Source: Candidatus Limnocylindrales bacterium
Lineage (GTDB): Bacteria; Chloroflexota; Limnocylindria; Limnocylindrales; CSP1-4
Length of the DNA stretch: 32,479 bases
NCBI GenBank assembly: GCA_036554825.1
Contig: DATBMM010000118.1
Coordinates: 1-32,479 of the forward strand
Direction: 5' to 3'
Positions 27,254-32,479 of the stretch are shown here, piece after piece (within the stretch, counting starts at the first letter, position 1; each line of letters opens with the position of its first letter). The position numbers and the translations under genes are program-made. The notes beneath the pieces were generated by a model, which ran no database searches, was not told the origin of the DNA, and saw only the letters and a list, made by a program, of their open reading frames with translations.

Positions 27254-27708
27254 CCGGTTTCCTCGCTCATCGGCTCGCGCACGACCCACACCGAGCAGGG
27301 CGCGTTCTGGAGGATGTACGGGATGGTCCGGCCGATGGCGAACTCCCCGCCGAAACGCTTGCGATAGGGCAACCCGACCACCAGGAGGTCGGCCCCGCGC
27401 TCGGTCGCCTCGTCGACGATCGCCGCGGCGACATCACGTGCCTGGAGGAGGACCGGCTCCAGCGTCACCTTGAACGCCTCGGCGGTCTGCTCCGCGGAGT
27501 CGAGCACGCGCTGGACGTCCTCCGAACGGCCGGCGATGTCGGCATCGAGGGGCAGGGTCCAGTCGATCTCGACGACATGCACCGCGATGAGCTCGGCCTT
27601 GGTCTTGACGGCCTGGCTGGCGACGAGCCGGACGATCCGAGCGTCACTGCTGCCGCCGTTGAGGGCGATGACCGCGCGATGGAACGGGGCGGTCTCGTGG
27701 TCGGGCAT
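27250..27708 (-). CDS. Universal stress protein (UspA family)
   Basis: Motifs: AVIALNGGSSDARIVRLVA, AELIAVHVVE, ADLLVVGLPYR, G.TIPYILQNAPCSVWVV. The start is uncertain (ATG 27708 or GTG 27726); no clear SD precedes either. Confidence 0.8.
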   Translation of the reverse strand: MPDHETAPFHRAVIALNGGSSDARIVRLVASQAVKTKAELIAVHVVEIDWTLPLDADIAGRSEDVQRVLDSAEQTAEAFKVTLEPVLLQARDVAAAIVDEATERGADLLVVGLPYRKRFGGEFAIGRTIPYILQNAPCSVWVVREPMSEETG

Positions 27709-27730
27709 GGATGGGCACGATACCACCGCG

Positions 27731-27795
27731 CGCCGGGCGACCCCGGGCCCGCGACCCCGGGCCCGCCGGGCGACCCCGGACGCCGCGGGCGACCG
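27731..27795. repeat. Short GC-rich direct repeats filling the kimA-like/usp intergenic gap
   Basis: The 14-mer GCGACCCCGGGCCC is exactly tandem (27737-27750 and 27751-27764). The 16-mer CGCCGGGCGACCCCGG occurs at 27731 and 27764. A further GCGACCG lies at 27789-27795, directly next to the transporter stop. Confidence 0.7.
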
Positions 27796-29829
27796 TCACT
27801 GGCGGCGGTACGGCACGTCGGCGATGACGGTGTGCTCGCGGCCCAGGATGGCCTGCTTGAGTCGCTTCGCGGTCTGGTTGTAGAGCAGCCGCTCCCACCA
27901 GTGGCGGGCGACGTACTCGGGCAGGACGACGATCGTGATCGGCGCTTCCTTGTCGGGTGGCCACGCCTGGTCCAGCACGTCGAGGTAGGCGAGCACCGGT
28001 GAGATGACCGCACGGTACGGCGATTCGACGATCACCAGGGGCACGCCGGGAACCTGCCGCTCCCAGCGATCGCGGATCGCCTCACCCTCCTCGGTGTCCT
28101 CGGTCACGAACACTGCCCGCACGTCGCGGCTCATGGTTCGCCCGAAGTTGACGGCCTGGATGACGGCCCGGTTGATGCCGTTCACGGGGATGACCACGCG
28201 CTGCTCGCGCTGCGGCCCCGACACCACGAGGTCCTCGCGGACGTGCAGCTCGCGCTCCTGCGAGTCGTATTCGCGTCGGATGAACAGCATCATGCTGACG
28301 AGGATCGGGATCAGCAGGACGACGAACCAGGCGCCGTCGAAGAACTTCACGCTCGTGACGACGACCGCCACGACCGCGGTGGCCGCGCAGCCGATGGCGT
28401 TGATCGCCAGGCGGTAGCGCCAGCCGCGCTCGCGGGTCCGCAGCCAGTGCCGGATCATGCCCGCCTGGCTGATCGTGAAGTCGATGAACACGCCGACTGC
28501 GTAGAGCGGGATCAGCGCGTGGGTCCGGCCGCCGGCGATCAGGACCAGCGAGGCCGCGATCAGGCCGAGCAGCAGGATGCCCATCGAGAACGCGAGCCGG
28601 TCCCCGCGCAATGCGAACTGGCGCGGGAAGAATCCGTCCTCGCCGAGGACCGCGGCCAGGCGCGGGAAGGCGGCGAAGCTCGTGTTCGCGGCGAGAAACA
28701 GCAGCAACGCGGTGAACGCCTGGAACAGGTAGAAGGGCAGTGACGAGGCGCCGAACACCGTGCCGGCGACCTGCGCGATGACGGTCTTGTGCTCGACCTC
28801 CTCGCCGAACAGCTCGGGCACGGTCGGATAGATCGCGAAGCTGGTGGCGAGGAACGTGATCCCGATGAACAGGGTCGCCAGGATGCCGGCCATGACGAGG
28901 AGCGTGGTCGCCGCGTTCTTCGACTCGGGCGGCTTGAACGCCGGGACGCCGGTCGCGATGGCCTCCGTCCCGGTCAGGGCCACGGCGCCCGAGGCGAACG
29001 CCCGCAGGAGCAGGAAGAGGGACACCGCCCCGGCGGTCTCGGTCGTCGCGGCCACCACCTCGGGCGGCGGGGCATGCTGCTCGTCGAGCACGATGATCCG
29101 GTACGCGCCCATCGCGATCATCGCGAACGCGCTGAACATGAAGAGGTACGTCGGGACCGCGAAGATGTTGCCGGCCTCGCGGACGCCGCGCAGGTTGGCG
29201 AGCGTGATCAGCCCGAGTGCCCCGATGCCGATCCAGACGCGGATGTCGCCGAGCGCCGGGAACGCCGACACGATCTGCTCGACGGCCGAGGACGTCGACA
29301 CCGCCGCCGTCAGGTTGTAGTCGATGAGCAGCGCCGACGCCGCGACGAGCGACGCCAGCCGGCCGAAGTTCGCCTTCGACACCGAGTAGGACCCGCCACC
29401 GGTCGGGTAGGCGATGCACACCTGGCGATAGCTGAAGGCCACCACCGCCAGCAGCACGGCGATCGCCACCGCGACCGGCAGCGAGAACTGCAGGGCCGCG
29501 AGGGCCGCCCCACCCAGGATGAGGGCGAGGATGATCTCCTCGGTCGCGTACGCCGACGAGCTGATGGCGTCCGAGCTGAAGATGGCGAGCGCCTTGGTCT
29601 TCGACAGCCGCTCGCCGATCTCCTCCTCCTGGTGTAGCGGGCGCCCGAGGAGGAGCGCGCGGATCCTGGCCAGCAGGAGCCCGCCCGGCGTCGTGGGGAC
29701 GCTGGCCGCCTCCTTTGCGGTGAGCTGTCCCTTGCCGGTATAGCGGAAGAACGGCGCGTGCGGCCGCTCCACGCGGACGCGCTTGTCGCCGGGCTTGCGG
29801 CCCTGGAGCGAGCGCCGCCCGCCGATCAC
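27796..29829 (-). CDS. APC-superfamily permease with a large cytoplasmic C-terminal domain, KimA (YdaO)-like K+ transporter
   Basis: Motifs recognised from KimA-type proteins: LLGRPL...ERLSKTKALAIFSSDAISSSAYATEEI, YPTGGGSYSVSK, LLLRAFASGAVALTGTEAIA.GVPAFK, LAANTSFAAFPRLA, RGDRLAFS, LIPLYAVGVFI.FT.SQ.GM. A soluble domain of about 200 aa follows (VVIPVNG...VRAVFV...RW...ESPYR...LPE....WW...L.NQTA). The GTG at 29829 is tentative; GTG 29772 is also possible. Confidence 0.8.
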   Translation of the reverse strand: MIGGRRSLQGRKPGDKRVRVERPHAPFFRYTGKGQLTAKEAASVPTTPGGLLLARIRALLLGRPLHQEEEIGERLSKTKALAIFSSDAISSSAYATEEIILALILGGAALAALQFSLPVAVAIAVLLAVVAFSYRQVCIAYPTGGGSYSVSKANFGRLASLVAASALLIDYNLTAAVSTSSAVEQIVSAFPALGDIRVWIGIGALGLITLANLRGVREAGNIFAVPTYLFMFSAFAMIAMGAYRIIVLDEQHAPPPEVVAATTETAGAVSLFLLLRAFASGAVALTGTEAIATGVPAFKPPESKNAATTLLVMAGILATLFIGITFLATSFAIYPTVPELFGEEVEHKTVIAQVAGTVFGASSLPFYLFQAFTALLLFLAANTSFAAFPRLAAVLGEDGFFPRQFALRGDRLAFSMGILLLGLIAASLVLIAGGRTHALIPLYAVGVFIDFTISQAGMIRHWLRTRERGWRYRLAINAIGCAATAVVAVVVTSVKFFDGAWFVVLLIPILVSMMLFIRREYDSQERELHVREDLVVSGPQREQRVVIPVNGINRAVIQAVNFGRTMSRDVRAVFVTEDTEEGEAIRDRWERQVPGVPLVIVESPYRAVISPVLAYLDVLDQAWPPDKEAPITIVVLPEYVARHWWERLLYNQTAKRLKQAILGREHTVIADVPYRRQ

Positions 29830-29854
29830 GCGGCGGGCCTCGTCATGCCGTCGA

Positions 29855-30577
29855 TCACACGCCGAACGTCAGCCGTGCCGCGAGTCGCTCGGGCAACCCG
29901 ATCGATCGCATCGCCGCCTGGACCCCGGCGATGTCGTATGCGACGCGATGCCACGTCACCCGGCCGACCTCCCGGTCGAGGATGAGGTACGCCGCGCGCG
30001 GATCGCCGTCCCGCGGCTGGCCGACGCTGCCCGGGTTGATGAGGCTGCGATGTGCCCCGAGCTCGATGGCGCCGCCGTCGCGCCCCTGGACGAGCGCGAC
30101 CCGGTCGGGGGTCGCCATCCACGCGACGGGGACATGGGTGTGGCCATGGAGCGCGTGCTGCGTCTCCTGGAGATCCATGTTGTCGGACGCGGCCTCGCGA
30201 TCGGTGACGTACTCACGGAGTGGATCACGCGGACTGCCATGCACGAGCAGCATGTCGTCGATCGTGCGGCGCTCCGGCTGGGCGGTGAGCCAGGCCAGGG
30301 TTTTTGACGCGATCGTCTCGCGGGTCCACTCGGCTGCCGCGCGGGCCTCCGGGTTGAACCACTCGATCTCGAATCCTCCGATCGCCGCGGCGTCGTGGTT
30401 GCCGCGCACGCCGGTCGCCTCGCGCTCGCTCAGGCGCGCCACCACCGCGTCGGGTTCCGGACCGTAGCCGACCACGTCGCCGAGGTGCCAGATGGCATCG
30501 ACGTCGCCGGCGTGGGAGAGGACCGCATCGAGCGCCACGATGTTGCTATGGATGTCCGACAGGACCGCGACGCGCAT
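29855..30577 (-). CDS. Calcineurin-like metallophosphoesterase (YfcE/Metallophos_2 type)
   Basis: ORF-track 29855..30970 is over-extended. ATG at 30577 (MRVAVLSDIHSNIVALDAVL...). Motifs: DIH, LGDVVGYGP, GNHD, HGHTH. Confidence 0.85.
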   Translation of the reverse strand: MRVAVLSDIHSNIVALDAVLSHAGDVDAIWHLGDVVGYGPEPDAVVARLSEREATGVRGNHDAAAIGGFEIEWFNPEARAAAEWTRETIASKTLAWLTAQPERRTIDDMLLVHGSPRDPLREYVTDREAASDNMDLQETQHALHGHTHVPVAWMATPDRVALVQGRDGGAIELGAHRSLINPGSVGQPRDGDPRAAYLILDREVGRVTWHRVAYDIAGVQAAMRSIGLPERLAARLTFGV

Positions 30578-30611
30578 CCGCGTGAGGGTACAGCCGCGGA
30601 GCGTTCGGGGG

Positions 30612-31403
30612 TCACCACGGCCGCCGGCGCCGTACCCCCGGGTCACGTGGGTACCCCGCCGGCACGTGGCCGTGCGCGTCGCGGGTGGCCACGACGAGCC
30701 GATGGCCGGCCAGACCGTCGACCGACACGTCGAGGACCTCGAGCGTGCCGCCACCGAGCGCATCGACCGCTCGCCCCGCCGCGTCCAGCTCGGCAGCAAG
30801 ATCGCCACGCTTCCAGGCGACCAGCGAGCCGCCCGGCGCCAGCAGGGGGATCGCCAGCTCGACGAGATCGGCGGTCGAGGCGACGGCCCGCGCCGTGATG
30901 ACGGACCAGGTGCCGGCCGCCCCGTCGGGGCGGGCCAGGTCCTCGGCCCGGCGGGCATCGACGCGGACACGACCCGCGACGCCGGTCGCGTCGACGACCG
31001 TCTGCAGGAACCGGGCCTTCTTGCCGATCGGCTCGAGCAGCGTCACCTCCGGCGCCGGTCCGGTGTCCGCGAGCGCCGCGGCGAGCGGCAGGCCCGGGTA
31101 CCCGCCGCCCGACCCGAGATCGAGCAACCGGTCGGGCCGACGGGCGGCGATCCAGGGCAGCGCGGTCAGGCTGTCGACGACGTGGTCGGTCGCCAGGCGG
31201 GCCGGGTCACGGATCGCGGTGAGGTTGATGGACGCCGTCCAGGCCAGGAGCAGCCGGGCATGCCCCTCGATGATCCCGAGGGCCTCCGGCGATAGCTGGA
31301 GATCAAGCGCGGACAGCCCGTGCCGAAGGGCAGCGGCGTACGACGGTGGAAGGGCCGGGGTGTCCAAGACGCGCGTCGGGAGCGGCTCGCGCCAGCGATC
31401 CAA
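30612..31403 (-). CDS. rsmG: 16S rRNA (guanine527-N7)-methyltransferase RsmG (GidB)
   Basis: ORF-track 30612..31979 is over-extended. The TTG at 31403 lies 7 nt after a perfect AGGAGG (31411-31416). RsmG motifs: LLLAWTASINLTAIRDP, HVVDSL, LLDLGSGGGYPGLPLA, ARAVA. Confidence 0.8.
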   Translation of the reverse strand: MDRWREPLPTRVLDTPALPPSYAAALRHGLSALDLQLSPEALGIIEGHARLLLAWTASINLTAIRDPARLATDHVVDSLTALPWIAARRPDRLLDLGSGGGYPGLPLAAALADTGPAPEVTLLEPIGKKARFLQTVVDATGVAGRVRVDARRAEDLARPDGAAGTWSVITARAVASTADLVELAIPLLAPGGSLVAWKRGDLAAELDAAGRAVDALGGGTLEVLDVSVDGLAGHRLVVATRDAHGHVPAGYPRDPGVRRRRPW

Positions 31404-31613
31404 CGGTACGCCTCCTTGGCCTTGCGTACCACGCGGCGCGGCACCGCTCCCGGCGTCGACTCGTCTCGCACCAAAGGCGATGATCGTCCGGTCTTCCGCG
31501 ATCCATCCGGTTCGTGGCCGGGTCTCCCCGTGCCCCTCGTGGACCGCGTTACCCTCGCGTCGCCCCAGTGCGGGAGGGGACCGTACGGGGCGCGGCGAGG
31601 GAGCGTCAACCGG

Positions 31614-31654
31614 GTTATCCACGAACTCCCCGGATCCGGCAGGTTTGGTGGATA
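31614..31654. promoter_or_regulatory. Two inverted DnaA-box-like 9-mers (TTATCCACG on +, TTATCCACC on -) flanking a CCGGATCCGG palindrome
   Basis: Box 1 is at 31614-31622 (+) and box 2 at 31646-31654 (-). Each matches TTATCCACA at 8 of 9 positions. The central 10-bp palindrome is at 31629-31638. The same bases can form a 9-bp stem (GTTATCCAC/GTGGATAAC) 14 nt after the kinase stop. A TTGACG-N18-TACGGT promoter-like element (minus strand, 31608-31579) lies immediately downstream. Confidence 0.5.
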
Positions 31655-31668
31655 ACTCCACCCCTCGG

Positions 31669-32479
31669 CTAGCGGCGTGAGCCGGCCGGGACGACCCGAC
31701 GAGGAGCGTGACCGAGCGGCGGGCGTGCGGTCGCGGACCGCTTCGAGCCACTCGCCCGGACGGCCCCGAGGGCTTCGAGGCGATCGGTCTCGTGTTCGAG
31801 GGCGAGCGTCGTGGCGGCGCCGATGACGTCCCGTTCGACGGCCGCCGACGGACCCGGCAGGACCAGGACGAAGGCCGACCCGACGCCAAGCTGGCTCGCC
31901 ACGTCGAGGTCGCCGCCCATCCGGCGTGCCAGGTCGCGGGCGATCGACAGGCCGAGACCGGTGCCCGTGACGCGTTCATGGTCGGCCATCCGGTAGAAGC
32001 GCTCGAACACCCGGGCGCGATCTTCTGCGCCGATGCCGGGTCCCTCGTCGCGCACGACGATGATGGCCACCGGGCCGTCGAACCATCCGGTCAGCTCGAT
32101 CTCGACGCCGCCGGAGCCGTACTTCAAGGCGTTCGACGCGAGATTCGTGACGATCTGCTCGACCCGTCGTCGGTCGCCTGTGGCGGTCCCGATGCGCGAC
32201 GGTGGCGTCGTCACGAAGGGCACCTCCCGCTCCAGGGCGATCGGCAGCAGCGCGGCGCCGACGGTGTGCAGCACGTCGGCGACCGAGAACGGTTCGCACT
32301 CCAGCACGAGCGAGCCGGATTCGATGCGCGACAGCTCAAGGAGGTCGCCGATCAGCTCGGTCATCGACCCGACGATCGACCGGCCGCGCTCGAGAAACTC
32401 GCGAACGACGGCCTCGTCGTCGACCTGGCCGTCGAGGATGAGGTCGAGATAGCCGGACAGACCGGTCAGCGGCGTGCGC
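31669..32479 (-). CDS. Sensor histidine kinase (HisKA plus HATPase_c), N-terminus outside the window
   Basis: The reading frame stays open to the window edge. The edge residues RTPLTGLSGYLDLIL form the H-box region. N, G1 and G2 boxes are present (NLASNALKY, VRDEGPGI, GTGLGLSIA). A C-terminal tail of about 60 aa follows the ATPase fold. Confidence 0.9.
   Translation of the reverse strand, partial: RTPLTGLSGYLDLILDGQVDDEAVVREFLERGRSIVGSMTELIGDLLELSRIESGSLVLECEPFSVADVLHTVGAALLPIALEREVPFVTTPPSRIGTATGDRRRVEQIVTNLASNALKYGSGGVEIELTGWFDGPVAIIVVRDEGPGIGAEDRARVFERFYRMADHERVTGTGLGLSIARDLARRMGGDLDVASQLGVGSAFVLVLPGPSAAVERDVIGAATTLALEHETDRLEALGAVRASGSKRSATARPPLGHAPRRVVPAGSRR

Noticed and set aside
29830-29854. 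c-di-AMP (ydaO/kimA) riboswitch in front of the KimA-like gene
   Set aside because: Only 25 nt separate the upstream stop from the annotated start. The first roughly 45 codons read as a plausible conserved-looking N-terminal extension rather than a structured leader. I recognised no ydaO-motif features.
31506-31522. tRNA-like T-arm (CCGG-TTCGTGG-CCGG)
   Set aside because: The loop lacks the conserved TTCRANN pattern (no A58 equivalent). No acceptor, D or anticodon stems can be built around it on either strand.
31404-31668. Chromosomal origin (oriC) next to rsmG/gidB
   Set aside because: Only two DnaA-box-like sites are present. I saw no AT-rich unwinding element or further boxes, and the flanking genes (histidine kinase, phosphoesterase) are not the canonical dnaA/dnaN or jag/parAB set. 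It is kept only as a DnaA-box pair or hairpin.
29855-31979. Long N-terminal extensions in the ORF track for the metallophosphoesterase (to 30970) and rsmG (to 31979). The same pattern occurs at 4040, 5925, 8743, 13059, 13748, 15090, 17936 and 18580.
   Set aside because: The extensions are Arg/Pro-rich and non-homologous, and they overlap upstream genes. Internal ATG/GTG/TTG codons preceded by good Shine-Dalgarno sequences coincide with where the conserved domains begin.
1-32479. CRISPR arrays, transposases/integrases, prophage genes, toxin-antitoxin pairs, rRNA/tRNA genes
   Set aside because: No regularly spaced repeats, terminal inverted repeats or recognisable mobile-element or RNA-gene signatures were seen on either strand. 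The window reads as core chromosome.

Overview
Very GC-rich bacterial chromosomal window; third codon positions are almost all G/C and GTG/TTG starts and 4-bp start/stop overlaps are common. I call 29 protein-coding genes. By eye I found no rRNA, tRNA, CRISPR array, transposase or integrase. The gene content (several F420/LLM-class oxidoreductases, an Fgd-family enzyme, HspR with a HAIR-like operator) points to an Actinomycetota-like or other high-GC terrabacterial genome; the taxon cannot be fixed from sequence alone. Layout: (a) 1-7169, + strand: LLM oxidoreductase, bicupin dioxygenase-like, Pch2/TRIP13-like AAA+ ATPase, MFS, M20 peptidase, J-domain/HTH fusion, Fgd-family LLM. (b) 7193-15003, - strand: purH, glpX, yeiH-like, CoxG/SRPBCC, GMC oxidoreductase, LLM, MFS. 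(c) 15119-16037, + strand: small membrane protein and a monocupin. (d) 16104-25921, - strand: a consolidated heat-shock string (promoter plus HAIR-like inverted repeat, hsp20, hspR, hairpin, lon, cbpA-like, clpB, CoA-pyrophosphatase-type Nudix), then a vWA lipoprotein. (e) 26027-32479, - strand: partial histidine kinase, inverted DnaA-box pair, rsmG, metallophosphoesterase, KimA-like K+ transporter, USP, two RCK/TrkA proteins. Most worth following up: the orphan TRIP13-like AAA+ ATPase translationally coupled inside a metabolic operon with no HORMA or CD-NTase partner; the J-domain/excisionase-HTH fusion; the single-locus HspR regulon; the KimA-like/USP/RCK module with no TrkH/KtrB; and the DnaA-box inverted repeat upstream of rsmG. 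I found no clear-cut novel multi-gene system. All functional calls come from motif recognition by eye and need HMM or structure confirmation.
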